From a bacterium (GTDB lineage Bacteria; Auribacterota; UBA3054), in contig JAFYXV010000003.1 of the NCBI GenBank assembly GCA_017557885.1, positions 70,902 through 134,901 of the forward strand: a DNA stretch of 64,000 nucleotides. The letters run 5' to 3'. This document shows positions 38,606-48,975 of this stretch, piece after piece. Numbering within the stretch: the stretch's first letter is position 1; the number at the start of each line of letters is the position of its first letter. Made by a program: the position numbers and the translations under genes. The notes beneath the pieces were generated by a model. It saw nothing but the letters and a program-made list of their open reading frames with translations, was not told where the DNA came from and did not search any database.

Positions 38606-39850
38606 GTGAACACCAAGAAAGAAGAGATCAAAACTTCCCATGGGGCGGACTGGGACGATCCCAGCGTCAGTTCCTCCGCCAAGGACAACGCCCCCAGGGT
38701 GATCGTGCAAAAGCAGATCCTGCACGTCAACGGTCCTTACAAGTTGGAAAACGGCGGAACGCTTCCGGAACTTGACGTCATTTACGAGACCTTCGGCAAA
38801 CTGAACGCCAAAAAGGACAACGCCATATTGGTGATCCACGCCCTGACGGGGGACAGCCATTGCAGCGGCTATTACACTTATTATCCCACTGAGAAAGCCG
38901 GCTGGTGGAGCTCCCTCATAGGACCCGGCAAAGCCATCGACACCAACAAATATTTCGTCATCTGCACCAACAATCTGGGCGGATGCTCGAACGACGTCTA
39001 TCCTCCCGTGGAGGGCGCCCCTTCCCACACCACCAATCCCGCCTCCATCGATCCCAGGACCGGCAAACGCTACAACATGAATTTCCCGGACTACACCTTC
39101 GGCGACTGCGTGGAAGTTCAGAAACTGGTGGTGGATCACTTCGGCATCAAGAGGCTTCTGGCGGTCGTGGGCGGATCCATGGGCGGCATGATGACCCTGG
39201 AATGGGCCAGGCGTTATCCTGACAGCTTAAGCTGCATCGTGGCCGTCGCCACCAGCGCTCATCTTTCTCCCCAGGGCATCGCTTTCTCGGAAGTCGAGCG
39301 CCAGTCCATCAGGCTAGACCCCAAGTGGCGCGGCGGCAATTATCCCGACAACGACCCGCCCGCAGGAGGCTTGGGTGTGGCCAGGATGATCGCCCACATA
39401 ACCTACCTTTCCCAACAGAGCATGCGCGCCAAATTCGGCCGCCGCAAACAGCAAAAAAACGGCAAGGTCACAGATCAGTTTGAGGTGGAGAGTTATCTGG
39501 AACACCAGGGGAACTCCTTTGTCAAGCGCTTCGACGCCAACAGCTACCTCTATATCACGGAGGCTCTGGACGACTACGACCTCATAAGGAAAGGGGAGAC
39601 GCTGGACGAGGCGGTGGCTAATTTCAAATGTTTGACCTTAATGCTCTCTTTCCGCACCGACTGGCTTTTCCCAACCAAGGAAGCCAGCGAAGTGGCGGAG
39701 GCTTTACGCCGCCAGGGCAAAATAGTAGAATTCAATGAGGTGGACAGCGAGAAAGGCCACGACGGTTTCCTTATCGATTTCGACAAATACGCCGGATTGG
39801 TCTCCTGCTTCCTGGAAAGAGTTTATTTAAATTACAACAAGACTTTCTGA
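38606..39850 (+). CDS. metX: Homoserine O-acetyltransferase
   Basis: It has an alpha/beta hydrolase with the nucleophile elbow (GGSMGGM) and MetX-specific N-terminal region. Confidence 0.88.
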   Translation: MNTKKEEIKTSHGADWDDPSVSSSAKDNAPRVIVQKQILHVNGPYKLENGGTLPELDVIYETFGKLNAKKDNAILVIHALTGDSHCSGYYTYYPTEKAGWWSSLIGPGKAIDTNKYFVICTNNLGGCSNDVYPPVEGAPSHTTNPASIDPRTGKRYNMNFPDYTFGDCVEVQKLVVDHFGIKRLLAVVGGSMGGMMTLEWARRYPDSLSCIVAVATSAHLSPQGIAFSEVERQSIRLDPKWRGGNYPDNDPPAGGLGVARMIAHITYLSQQSMRAKFGRRKQQKNGKVTDQFEVESYLEHQGNSFVKRFDANSYLYITEALDDYDLIRKGETLDEAVANFKCLTLMLSFRTDWLFPTKEASEVAEALRRQGKIVEFNEVDSEKGHDGFLIDFDKYAGLVSCFLERVYLNYNKTF

Positions 39851-39935
39851 TCAATGCTGGTCTGGAACGCTTTGAACATATCCGGATTGGTGCTTCTGGC
39901 GCTGATGCTTCTGTACTGGTACCGCACCTGCTGAT

Positions 39936-41183
39936 TCACGCCAGCCGTTTCACGCTTTCCTTTGCTTTGGCGATGATCTCTTCTTCGCCCTCTACGACGC
40001 GTCCCTTCATCAAAATTTTTCCGTCGCAGATGACGGTGTCCACGCATTCCGGGCTCGCGGAATAGACCAGATTCGATATGATGTCGTGATTCGGCACCAT
40101 GCAGGGGATGTTGGTGTTTATAAGAAGGCAGTCAGCCGCTTTTCCGACTTCTATAATTCCGCCGTCCACGCCCGCAGCCAGAGCGCCCTGGCGCGTAGCC
40201 ATGGCGTAAACTTCCTCCGCCGGAGCGATGGTCGGCTCTTTGTGGAAGACCTTGGCTAGATACGAGGCAAAACGCATGACATTGAACATAGAGAGATCGT
40301 TGCTGGAGCAGCAGCCGTCCGTGCCCAGGCAGGCCCTTACTCCGAAATCTCTTATCCTCTTATAGGGAAACACGCCGGAACTAAGCTTCATGTTGGAAAG
40401 GGGAACGTGCACAGCCCAGGATCTTCTTTTAGCGATAATTTCAAGATCTTCGTCGCTCAGATGCACGCAATGGGCCATGATCGTTGTCTCCTTCAGGATC
40501 CCAAGTTTGTCGAGCCATGCGACAGGGGACATGCCGTGCTCTTTAAAGCAATCCGCAACTTCCTTTTCCGTTTCGGATACGTGGATATGCAGGTCAAGGC
40601 CGTACTCTTCGCTGGCATGAAGTGACTGCAGAAGCCTTGACTCATTGACGGTATAGACGGCGTGCGGAGCAATGGAGATCTTCACGATCCCTCGAAACTC
40701 GTCGATCCTTTCCAGACATTCCCGATTGAGCTTGTCCGCGTCGCCGTTCGTGCTGAGGGCCAATAACCCGATCCTCGCGCGAATGCCCATTTCCTTGGCT
40801 GCGCGGGCGGCTTCATAAGTAAACCAATACATGTCCTCGAAGTGGACCGTCCCGCTCTTGATCATTTCCAAGATCGCCAGCCTTGTCCCATTGTAGATGT
40901 CCTCGGCTTTAAGCTTGGCCTCAAAGGGCCAGACGTAATCGTTGAGCCATTTGAACAGCTCGATGTCGTCGGCGTAGCCGCGCATCAAAGTCATGGCGGC
41001 GTGCCCGTGCAGATTGTAAAAGGCCGGCGTTATAGCCATGCCCTGCGCGTCAATAACTTCTTCGCCTGGCAATGGAGAGAGAGCAGGGGCAATCTCGCTG
41101 AAAAGACCGCCCTTTATCCTCACGTCTGTTACCGCGCCGTTTAATATGGCGCCCTTTATAAATAAGTTGGAATCGTTTTTCAT
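39936..41183 (-). CDS. mtaD: Amidohydrolase, 5-methylthioadenosine/S-adenosylhomocysteine deaminase-like
   Basis: It has a metal-binding HGH motif (NLHGHAAMTLMRGYADD) and the MtaD-like core. The start was chosen at MKNDSNLFIKGA, which is internal to the longer ORF-track frame. Confidence 0.78.
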   Translation of the reverse strand: MKNDSNLFIKGAILNGAVTDVRIKGGLFSEIAPALSPLPGEEVIDAQGMAITPAFYNLHGHAAMTLMRGYADDIELFKWLNDYVWPFEAKLKAEDIYNGTRLAILEMIKSGTVHFEDMYWFTYEAARAAKEMGIRARIGLLALSTNGDADKLNRECLERIDEFRGIVKISIAPHAVYTVNESRLLQSLHASEEYGLDLHIHVSETEKEVADCFKEHGMSPVAWLDKLGILKETTIMAHCVHLSDEDLEIIAKRRSWAVHVPLSNMKLSSGVFPYKRIRDFGVRACLGTDGCCSSNDLSMFNVMRFASYLAKVFHKEPTIAPAEEVYAMATRQGALAAGVDGGIIEVGKAADCLLINTNIPCMVPNHDIISNLVYSASPECVDTVICDGKILMKGRVVEGEEEIIAKAKESVKRLA

Positions 41184-41268
41184 GCCTTCTATCTTACCAT
41201 AATCCCAGATTGAAAAATCAAAGCGCTTTTTGCTACAATTCACTAAATTAAACAAAAGGAGTTAAACT

Positions 41269-42954
41269 ATGCTGTCCGACATTGAAATCGCCCAAAGCTG
41301 TAAGATGAAAAAAATCTCCGACCTGGCCGCCGAATGGGGGATAGGGGAAGACGAAATTGAACTTTACGGCAAATACAAAGCCAAACTGAACGAGAACCTC
41401 TTCGCCAGACTGGCGAACGAGAAGGACGGCAAGCTCATCCTTGTCACGGCTATCAACCCGACTCCGGCCGGCGAAGGCAAGACCACCGTGTCGGTAGGTT
41501 TGGCGCAGGCCATGAACAGGCTTGGCAAGAAGACCATGCTTGCTTTGAGGGAACCCTCCTTGGGTCCGGTCTTCGGCGTCAAAGGCGGCGCGGCGGGCGG
41601 CGGCTACTCCCAGGTCGTTCCGATGGAGGACATCAACCTCCACTTTACCGGCGACATTCACGCCATCACCGCAGCCAACAACCTGCTCTGCGCGCTCATC
41701 GACAATCACATTCAGCAGGGGAACCAGCTGGGCATCGATCCCAGAAGGATCCTTTTCAAGCGCTGCCTCGACATGAACGACCGCAACCTTCGCCAGATCG
41801 TCATCGGCTTGGGCGGCAAACCGAACGGCACGCCCAGGGAAGACGGCTTCCAGATCACCGTCGCCAGTGAAGTCATGGCTATTTTCTGCCTGGCCAAGGA
41901 CCTCGACGACCTCAAGGAAAGACTGAACAACATCATCGTTGCCTACACCTACACCGGACAGCCGGTGGACGTCAGGGAACTCGGCTGCGGCGGCGCTCTG
42001 ACCGCCATGCTGAAAGACGCCATCAACCCCAACATGGTCCAGACGCTGGAAGGAACGCCGGCTCTTATCCACGGCGGACCTTTCGCCAACATTGCCCACG
42101 GCTGCAACAGCGTTCGAGCGACTCGTTTGGCCCTGAAACTAGGGGACTACTGCGTTACGGAAGCCGGCTTCGGATCTGACCTTGGCGCCGAGAAGTTCTT
42201 CGACATCAAGTGCCGCTACGCCGGCCTCAAACCGGAGTGCGTGGTTCTGGTAGCGACCATCAGGGCTCTGAAATACAACGGCGGCGTTCCCAAAACGGAA
42301 TTGAAAGCGGAGAACGTCGAAGCCCTGAAGAAAGGCTTAATTAACCTCGAAACGCACGTTGAGAACCTGAAGAAATTCGGGCTGCCCGTGGTGGCCGCCA
42401 TTAACCGCTTTGAATCTGATACGGACGCCGAGATCGCAGCTCTGGAAGATTGCTGCAAGAGGCTCCAGATCCCGGTCTCTCTTACGGAGATCTTTGCCAA
42501 GGGAGGCGAAGGCGGCATCGACCTGGCCCAGAAAGTGCTCGGCGAACTCGACAAGAACTGCTCCGACTTCCACTGCCTCTACGAACTCGACCTTTCCATT
42601 GAGGAAAAACTCGAAAAGATCGCCAAGGAGATCTACCGCGCCGACGGCGTCAACTTCGATGCCAAAGCCAGAAAGATGCTAAAAGAGATCAAAGAGATGC
42701 AGCTCGACCATCTGCCTGTGTGCGTAGCCAAGACGCAGTACTCCTTATCCGACGATCCGACCAAGCTGGGAAGGCCTACGAATTTCAAGCTGAACGTCAG
42801 GGAGCTCAAGATCTCCGCGGGCGCCGGCTTCATCGTCGCCCTGACAGGGGACATCATGACCATGCCGGGGCTTCCGAAAGTTCCCGCAGCCATGAACATC
42901 GACTGCTACTACGATCCGGAAAAACGCGAGAGCGTCATAACCGGCCTGTTCTGA
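41269..42954 (+). CDS. fhs: Formate--tetrahydrofolate ligase
   Basis: It has the FTHFS signature ([10 protein letters not shown]) and is 561 aa. Confidence 0.92.
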   Translation: MLSDIEIAQSCKMKKISDLAAEWGIGEDEIELYGKYKAKLNENLFARLANEKDGKLILVTAINPTPAGEGKTTVSVGLAQAMNRLGKKTMLALREPSLGPVFGVKGGAAGGGYSQVVPMEDINLHFTGDIHAITAANNLLCALIDNHIQQGNQLGIDPRRILFKRCLDMNDRNLRQIVIGLGGKPNGTPREDGFQITVASEVMAIFCLAKDLDDLKERLNNIIVAYTYTGQPVDVRELGCGGALTAMLKDAINPNMVQTLEGTPALIHGGPFANIAHGCNSVRATRLALKLGDYCVTEAGFGSDLGAEKFFDIKCRYAGLKPECVVLVATIRALKYNGGVPKTELKAENVEALKKGLINLETHVENLKKFGLPVVAAINRFESDTDAEIAALEDCCKRLQIPVSLTEIFAKGGEGGIDLAQKVLGELDKNCSDFHCLYELDLSIEEKLEKIAKEIYRADGVNFDAKARKMLKEIKEMQLDHLPVCVAKTQYSLSDDPTKLGRPTNFKLNVRELKISAGAGFIVALTGDIMTMPGLPKVPAAMNIDCYYDPEKRESVITGLF

Positions 42955-42959
42955 TATTT

Positions 42960-43931
42960 ATGGATCATACCACCTTAATATTGATCTCCGCTTTTCTTAT
43001 ATTGATCGGGGCAGTGATCGTTTTTGCCTTGATCTGGAGCAAAAGATTTGAGGCAAGGCTTCAGGAGCAAACGAATAAAGCCTTGCAGCAAAGCATAATG
43101 GAGATGACGACGGTCGATCTTGTCAACAAGAACATAGGGGAGCTGAGGCAGGATGTGGCGGAGAGGCTGGGCAGGATCGACGAGGCGCAGCGCAATATAA
43201 ACGAATTGGGAGCCTCCATAAACGATCTGAAGACCGTTCTTAAGGGCAACCAGACTCGCGGCCAGTACGGCGAAATGCAGCTTAAATTACTGTTGGAGAA
43301 TACTTTCGGCAATACAAAGGGCCTTTATTCTGAACAATATTCCATTAAAGACGGCAATGTCAGGCCCGACGCAGTGGTTTTTTTGCCGGAGCCGGACAAA
43401 CTTTTGTGCGTTGATTCCAAGTTTCCTTTTTCAGAATATCAGGAAATGTTTAAGGACGATATTTCTGAAGAGCGCAAAAATTCTTTGAAAACATCATTTA
43501 AAGCAGCCGTTAAGAGCCATATAACGACCATTAAGAACAAATATATCATAGAAGGGGAAACAAGTCCCTATGCTGTGATGTTTATTCCAAACGACGGCGT
43601 GTTTTATTATATCCACCTGGAAATGTATGAACTGGTCGAGTATGCCAGGAGCGTCAATGTAATACTGAGTTCGCCGGGAACATTGCAGCCCATATTGGCG
43701 ACGATCAGTTCTTTTTGGCGGGAATATAAGCGTAACGAAAATCTGAAAGAGATCTCGAAACAGATCAAAGAGCTTAACACCGCTTTCAGAGTTTTTCATA
43801 AATCCTGGGATCCTTTTAAGAATTCCTTTGAGGATTCTCATATCAAAATGCAGAAGATCCAGGAAGAATTGCAGCGCTTGGATGACAAGCTGCAAAGGAT
43901 AGCGAATTCGGAGCCCGAAGAGAAGGCCTGA
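42960..43931 (+). CDS. rmuC: DNA recombination protein RmuC
   Basis: It has an N-terminal TM and coiled-coil followed by an RmuC nuclease-like C-terminal domain. The start was set at ATG 42960, after the fhs stop; the ORF-track frame begins inside fhs. Confidence 0.78.
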   Translation: MDHTTLILISAFLILIGAVIVFALIWSKRFEARLQEQTNKALQQSIMEMTTVDLVNKNIGELRQDVAERLGRIDEAQRNINELGASINDLKTVLKGNQTRGQYGEMQLKLLLENTFGNTKGLYSEQYSIKDGNVRPDAVVFLPEPDKLLCVDSKFPFSEYQEMFKDDISEERKNSLKTSFKAAVKSHITTIKNKYIIEGETSPYAVMFIPNDGVFYYIHLEMYELVEYARSVNVILSSPGTLQPILATISSFWREYKRNENLKEISKQIKELNTAFRVFHKSWDPFKNSFEDSHIKMQKIQEELQRLDDKLQRIANSEPEEKA

Positions 43932-44043
43932 TCCATTTTATGACCTTATCGACATTATTCCGTTTTCACGTATGCTCAACTTAACATAAGATATATTATG
44001 CGACATTTAAATATAGGGAAATCCGCATCAATAAAGGAAAGTA

Positions 44044-45309
44044 TTATTTCTTCCCCACCGGGTCGTCTTTGGAATTGTCCCTGGTTTTGCCCTCTGTAAG
44101 AGCCAATATTTCACCGGCCATATAGCAGGATCCGCAGATCAAAATGTTGCCCTCGGTCTGGGCTTCGATATCCTTCAGGGCGTCTGCGGAATTTTTAAAA
44201 ACATTAGCGAAACGTCTGTCGTTTGGCACAAGTTTCTGCCATTCCTCACAAGTCAATTTGCGTTCGTTCTGCGGTTCAACATAGGATATGGATTCGGCTA
44301 TGGGTTCAAGTATCTCCAAAGCCAGTTTGGGATCCTTTTCCTTGAGCATGCCGAAATAGATCTTCCAGTTCCCTTCCGAAATATCTTTCAGGCTTTTGGT
44401 AAGGGCGTTCCAACCTTGGGCGTTGTGGGCGCAATCCAGGATAGTTATGGGATCTTTGCGCAATATCTGCAGCCTTCCGGGCCAAAGGGCCCTTTTTAGG
44501 CCGTTCAGGAGGTTTACGGTATCTATGCCGCAGTAATTAGCTATCATTGCTGCCAAAGCGGCGTTAGCGTACTGATAATTGCCGACTAAGCCTAGTTCGG
44601 CATTGTAAAGGCCAATTTCCGGGATAGATATGAAATATTTCAGCGGTTCGATGAAGCCTTCCGTATAAGTGACATATTTGCAAGGTGCGTTAAGTTTGGC
44701 GCAAGTCGCTTCCATTACGTCTTTTGCTTCACCCTCGCAGGTATGGAAAAGAGGTATTTTAGGCCTGATAATACCGGCTTTTTCCGCGGCGATCTTGGCA
44801 ATGGTATCTCCCAGATATTGAGTATGTTCCAGGCCGATATTGGTCACAGCCGTGACATAGGGCTCTATGGCGCTGGTGGCGTCCAGCCGGCCGCCCAGGC
44901 CGGTCTCCCAGACGACGTAATCGCAAGCTTCTAAGCTGAAATACAGCCATGCTATGACGGTAAGGTACTCGAAAAAGGTCAGTTCTAGTCCGAGAGCTTT
45001 GACCTCAAGGGCCAATTCTTCGAAACGCGACTCCCCTATCATTTCGCCGTTTATACGGATACGTTCCCTCAATTCAACAAGATGCGGAGAAGTGAAGAGG
45101 CCTGTTTTGTAGTTTGCTTCCTTTAGTATGGAGTCGAGGAAGGCGCAGGTGCTGCCTTTGCCGTTGGTGCCGGCGATATGCAGGAATTTAGGCTCTTTTT
45201 GAATGTTGAACCTGGCCTTGAGAACGGCGACGGCGTTTTGAGTGTTAGCAAGCCCCGGGCGGACGCCGAAGGTCCTTAGATTAGAAAGATAGTTTTCCAG
45301 TTCCGTCAT
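44044..45309 (-). CDS. folC: Bifunctional folylpolyglutamate synthase / dihydrofolate synthase
   Basis: It has the Mur ligase family P-loop (GTNGKGST) and a FolC-like length. Confidence 0.88.
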   Translation of the reverse strand: MTELENYLSNLRTFGVRPGLANTQNAVAVLKARFNIQKEPKFLHIAGTNGKGSTCAFLDSILKEANYKTGLFTSPHLVELRERIRINGEMIGESRFEELALEVKALGLELTFFEYLTVIAWLYFSLEACDYVVWETGLGGRLDATSAIEPYVTAVTNIGLEHTQYLGDTIAKIAAEKAGIIRPKIPLFHTCEGEAKDVMEATCAKLNAPCKYVTYTEGFIEPLKYFISIPEIGLYNAELGLVGNYQYANAALAAMIANYCGIDTVNLLNGLKRALWPGRLQILRKDPITILDCAHNAQGWNALTKSLKDISEGNWKIYFGMLKEKDPKLALEILEPIAESISYVEPQNERKLTCEEWQKLVPNDRRFANVFKNSADALKDIEAQTEGNILICGSCYMAGEILALTEGKTRDNSKDDPVGKK

Positions 45310-46172
45310 AGGGAAGCTTTAACTTCGTCTCTGATCATCGCAAGCCCCTCCTCAAAGGAATGGAAGGGCGGAAGGCCTAAGCTGTTGTAAAGAGTCAGGT
45401 CGAAGCGGCAGTCGGCGGGACGGCTGGCGGAAAGCTGGGGCGGTTTGCCCGTATCCTTTATCATGTCGGGATCGAAGCCGAAGGCATCCGCTATAGCCCT
45501 GTACATCTGGTAGCGCGTGATGCCTTTTGGGTTAGACATGTGGACGAGACCGGTATAATGGCGTTTTTCCAGTTCCAAAAGCGCTTTGGCTACGTCTGAG
45601 CTAAGGGAAGGGAAGCGCATCTGGACGTTGTCGAATTCCAATTGTCTCCCCTCTTTCAGAAGCTTTATGGCTTTGTGGATGAAAGAGAGTTCCGGCCGGT
45701 CGGTCGTGCCGTACTGCAGCGACTGGCGGGCGATGAGGAGGTCGGGGCAAACCCTGGCGGCCAATTCCCCTGCCAGTTTTGTCTCGCCGTAAAGGTTGAC
45801 GGGATCCGGCTCGGACTGTTCGCTGTAGGGAGGGTTCTTGCCGTTGAAGACGTAGTCGGTGGAAATAAGGACGAGCCTTTTATTATTGTCGCGGCACCAC
45901 TCAGCCATAACGCGCGTGGCGTCAATGTGCAGCGCTTTGGCCATTTCCGGTCTTCTTAAGCATTCGTCCGGGTCCCTTAAGGCCGCGGAGTGGATGATCG
46001 TGTCAGGTTTAATCTCGTCAAGCAGATCTTTCAGAGCCTTGAGGTCGCTGAGGTCGATCTTGCGGTCGCAATTGGAGCCGGAATGGCCAAGGCCGAAAAC
46101 GGGGTAAACCGGTCGAAAAGTTTTGTAAATATGCTGGCCAAGGAAGCCGCTGGCGCCGGTAAGCAGGATCAT
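45306..46172 (-). CDS. rfbD: dTDP-4-dehydrorhamnose reductase
   Basis: It has a short-chain Rossmann fold (ILLTGASGFLG) and the YxxxK motif of the RmlD family. Confidence 0.8.
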   Translation of the reverse strand: MILLTGASGFLGQHIYKTFRPVYPVFGLGHSGSNCDRKIDLSDLKALKDLLDEIKPDTIIHSAALRDPDECLRRPEMAKALHIDATRVMAEWCRDNNKRLVLISTDYVFNGKNPPYSEQSEPDPVNLYGETKLAGELAARVCPDLLIARQSLQYGTTDRPELSFIHKAIKLLKEGRQLEFDNVQMRFPSLSSDVAKALLELEKRHYTGLVHMSNPKGITRYQMYRAIADAFGFDPDMIKDTGKPPQLSASRPADCRFDLTLYNSLGLPPFHSFEEGLAMIRDEVKASL

Positions 46173-46192
46173 AGATTTATCCTAAAAAAAGA

Positions 46193-46270
46193 TGGGGTGA
46201 ATGAGGAGACTTGAACTCCCGGCCTTCTGGGCCACAACCAGACGCTCTAACCAACTGAGCTACATCCACC
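46193..46270 (-). tRNA. tRNA-His (anticodon GTG) with genomically encoded G-1
   Basis: The reverse complement folds as follows. An 8-nt 5' acceptor holds an extra G paired to the C73 discriminator. The anticodon loop is TTGTGGC and the 3' end is CCA. Confidence 0.8.
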
Positions 46271-46326
46271 ACTTAAAAATCAGTTCATGTATTCTACCTA
46301 AACGGGCTCTGAAAGTCAAACGAAAA

Positions 46327-46353
46327 GGGTCGTGGAAATCAGACCCCCTTTTT
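46327..46353 (+). other. GC-stem hairpin plus T-run between tRNA-His and the hydrogenase operon (possible terminator/leader structure)
   Basis: The sequence is GGGTC-N10-GACCC followed by CCTTTTT. Confidence 0.3.
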
Positions 46354-46412
46354 GATAAAATATCGACTAATAAATAACCTACTTTTATTTCTAAAATCCC
46401 TATGGAGGCACT

Positions 46413-46901
46413 ATGAAAAAAACGGTTCCTTTCAACGGCACCAAAGAACAGGAAGAACAGCTGGTATCCTACATCAAAGAGATGAAGGACGTGCAGGGCA
46501 ACCTTATTCCCATCATGCAGAAGGCTCAGGAGATCTACGGATATCTGCCCATCGAAGTTCAGACCATCATCGCCCGTGAAATGGACATCCCCCTGGAGAA
46601 AGTTTACGGCATCTCCACTTTCTACGCCATGTTCACCCTGGAGCCCAAAGGCAAATACCAGATCGCTGTCTGCCTCGGCACAGCCTGCTACGTCAAGGGT
46701 TCCGGCGACGTTTACGCCAAGCTTGAAAAAGTCCTGGGTCTTCAGGGCGGCGGCTGCACGCCGGACGGCAAGTTCAGTTTGGAAGCCTGCCGCTGCCTGG
46801 GCGCCTGCGGCCTTGCGCCTGTCATGATGATCAACGGCGAAGTTTACGGTCGTCTGACTCCCGACCAGATCCCCGGCATCCTTGCCAAATACAACGACTG
46901 A
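46413..46901 (+). CDS. [FeFe]-hydrogenase electron-bifurcating complex NuoE-like subunit (HndA/HydC; thioredoxin-like [2Fe-2S])
   Basis: It has a 4-Cys pattern (CLGTAC...CRCLGACGLAP) and NuoE-like length. Confidence 0.85.
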   Translation: MKKTVPFNGTKEQEEQLVSYIKEMKDVQGNLIPIMQKAQEIYGYLPIEVQTIIAREMDIPLEKVYGISTFYAMFTLEPKGKYQIAVCLGTACYVKGSGDVYAKLEKVLGLQGGGCTPDGKFSLEACRCLGACGLAPVMMINGEVYGRLTPDQIPGILAKYND

Positions 46902-46902
46902 T

Positions 46903-47262
46903 ATGAAGATCAAAGAAGTCAAAGAGCTACTTGATGCCGAGCTTCTCTGCGGCGACGAAACGGAACTTGAAAAAGACGTATTCAGCGCCTGCGGAAGCGA
47001 TATGATGAGCGACGTTTTAGCCTACGTGAAAGACCAGTCCGTTTTGCTAACAGGTCTTGTCAATCCGCAGGTCATCAGGACTGCCGAGATGATGGACATG
47101 ATCTGCCTCGTCTTCGTGCGGAGTAAAAAGCCGACGCCCGAAATGGTGGCGCTGGCGCACGAACACGGTCTCGTCGTCCTCGCTACGGAAAAACGCATGT
47201 ACGAAGCCTGCGGCATCCTCTATTCCAACGGTCTCACCAGCAAGGGAGTCAAGAAAAGATGA
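46903..47262 (+). CDS. DRTGG-domain protein
   Basis: It is a small (~119 aa) protein with the DRTGG-type fold signature (LTGLVNPQVIRTAE...LVVLATE). It is a member of the hydrogenase regulatory cassette. Confidence 0.65.
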   Translation: MKIKEVKELLDAELLCGDETELEKDVFSACGSDMMSDVLAYVKDQSVLLTGLVNPQVIRTAEMMDMICLVFVRSKKPTPEMVALAHEHGLVVLATEKRMYEACGILYSNGLTSKGVKKR

Positions 47263-47684
47263 GCGAAAGCCTCACTTTTCATTTTGACGTGAACGGCGAA
47301 GACTTCACTTCCGCCGGACAGGCCTCGGTTCGTTTCAAAAAGAACATGCGCGAACTGGGAGTGGACCCGGAGATCATCCGGCGCGCCTCCATCGCCATGT
47401 ACGAAGGCGAAATAAACATGGTCATCCACGCCCACGGCGGCGTGGCTGACGTCGAGGTGAGCGAAGACGCCATAAAGATCGTTCTGAAGGACCAGGGGCC
47501 CGGCATTCCCGACATCGCAAAAGCGATGCAGGAAGGCTACTCCACGGCTCCCGACAACATCCGCTCTTTGGGCTTCGGCGCCGGCATGGGGCTTCCCAAC
47601 ATGAAGCGCTATACCGACGAGATGCAGATAGAATCGACCGTGGGCGTGGGCACCACGGTAACAATGAAGATAAACTTGAATTGA
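47259..47684 (+). CDS. Anti-sigma-regulatory-factor-type Ser/Thr kinase (GHKL/HATPase_c, RsbW-like; HfsA-like)
   Basis: It is 141 aa with HATPase motifs (N-box region and G-boxes DQGPGIP, GFGAGMGL). It overlaps both neighbours. Confidence 0.75.
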   Translation: MSESLTFHFDVNGEDFTSAGQASVRFKKNMRELGVDPEIIRRASIAMYEGEINMVIHAHGGVADVEVSEDAIKIVLKDQGPGIPDIAKAMQEGYSTAPDNIRSLGFGAGMGLPNMKRYTDEMQIESTVGVGTTVTMKINLN

Positions 47685-47697
47685 TTTAACTTTCGGC

Positions 47698-48975
47698 ATG
47701 GAATATCAGCATTCAGTATCCCTGGACATCGAGAAGTGCAAAGGCTGCACTTCCTGCGTCCACCACTGCCCCACCGAGGCCATCAGGATCAGGGACCGCC
47801 ATGCCGTTATTGACGCGATGCGCTGCATCGACTGCGGAGAGTGCATCAGGATCTGCCCGCACCAGGCGAAGAAAGCTTTGCGGGACGATCTATTGGATCT
47901 GCAGCGCTACAAATGGAAGATCGCTCTCCCCGCCCCCAGCCTCTACGCCCAGTTCAACAATCTTGACGACGTGGATTTCGTTCTGCAGGGACTCCTTGAC
48001 ATCGGTTTCGACGACGTCTTCGAAGTGTCCAGAGGCGCGGAACTGGTGACGGCCAGAACGAGGCAGTATCTGAAAACGAGAAAGGGACCGAGGCCGGTCA
48101 TCAGCTCCGCCTGCCCCGCCATCGTTAGGCTCATAGCCTTGCGTTTTCCGAGCCTCAAGGATAATATCCTGGACCTCTTGCCGCCTATGGAAATAGCGGC
48201 CGCCATGGCCCGGGAGCAGGCCCTGAAAGATCATCCGGAATTCAAAAGGGAAGACGTTGGCGTCTGCTTCATCTCCCCCTGCCCCGCCAAAATGAGTTAC
48301 GTTAAGAACGGCCTCCCTGAGTACAAGAGTCAGGTGGACGTGGTGGTGGGCTTCAAGGACGTCTATTTCCTTCTCATCAACGAGATGAGATATTCCAGGC
48401 GCCCGAAGACGCTTTCCGAATCCGGCATGATCGGCATCGGCTGGGCCGCTTCCGGCGGCGAAGCCACCGCGCTCTTCAACGACGCGTATCTGGCTGCGGA
48501 CGGGATAGACAACTGCATCCGCGTATTGGACCGCATCGAGGGCGGCGACTTCCCGAATCTGGAATTCGTGGAGCTGAACGCCTGCCCGGGCGGCTGCGTG
48601 GGCGGCGCCATGACCATCCAGGATCCCTTCATCGCCAAGGCGAGGCTGCAGACTCTGCGGCGCTTCATGCCTGTTTCGCAGAACTTCGTGGACGAGAAGG
48701 ATCCCATCCCGGAAAGTTATTTCGTGAAAGACATGGGCTCCTATACGCCGCTGAACCGCCTTTCCGACAACATGGCGGAATCCATGCGGATGCTGAAAGA
48801 GATCCAAGCCTTGAAGGACGAGCTTCCCGGCGTGGACTGCGGAGCCTGCGGCGCGCCCAATTGCCGCGCTTTCGCGGAGGACGTGGTGAAAGGCACGGCC
48901 AGCAAATACGACTGCATCTTAACGCATCTCGACGAAGTCAAAGCCTTCCTGAGAGAAAAGGAGGAGTCGTTATGA
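47698..48975 (+). CDS. Sensory-type [FeFe]-hydrogenase-like protein (HydS/HfsB-like) lacking a PAS domain
   Basis: The N-terminus has 2x[4Fe-4S] (CKGCTSCVHHCP, CIDCGECIRICP). The H-domain motifs are degenerate: L1 SSACP, L2 SPCPAKMSY, L3 ELNACPGGCVGGA. The C-terminus has a CxxCx5Cx15C cluster. Confidence 0.75.
   Translation: MEYQHSVSLDIEKCKGCTSCVHHCPTEAIRIRDRHAVIDAMRCIDCGECIRICPHQAKKALRDDLLDLQRYKWKIALPAPSLYAQFNNLDDVDFVLQGLLDIGFDDVFEVSRGAELVTARTRQYLKTRKGPRPVISSACPAIVRLIALRFPSLKDNILDLLPPMEIAAAMAREQALKDHPEFKREDVGVCFISPCPAKMSYVKNGLPEYKSQVDVVVGFKDVYFLLINEMRYSRRPKTLSESGMIGIGWAASGGEATALFNDAYLAADGIDNCIRVLDRIEGGDFPNLEFVELNACPGGCVGGAMTIQDPFIAKARLQTLRRFMPVSQNFVDEKDPIPESYFVKDMGSYTPLNRLSDNMAESMRMLKEIQALKDELPGVDCGACGAPNCRAFAEDVVKGTASKYDCILTHLDEVKAFLREKEESL

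Noticed and set aside
42720-42959. Extended 5' start of rmuC overlapping fhs
   Set aside because: That frame translates the fhs 3' end as Arg-rich nonsense. The RmuC TM/N-terminus begins at the ATG at 42960.
46271-46412. Possible sigma70 promoter (TTGATA...TAACCT) upstream of nuoE-like gene
   Set aside because: The -10 match is poor. It is reported only as a hairpin feature.
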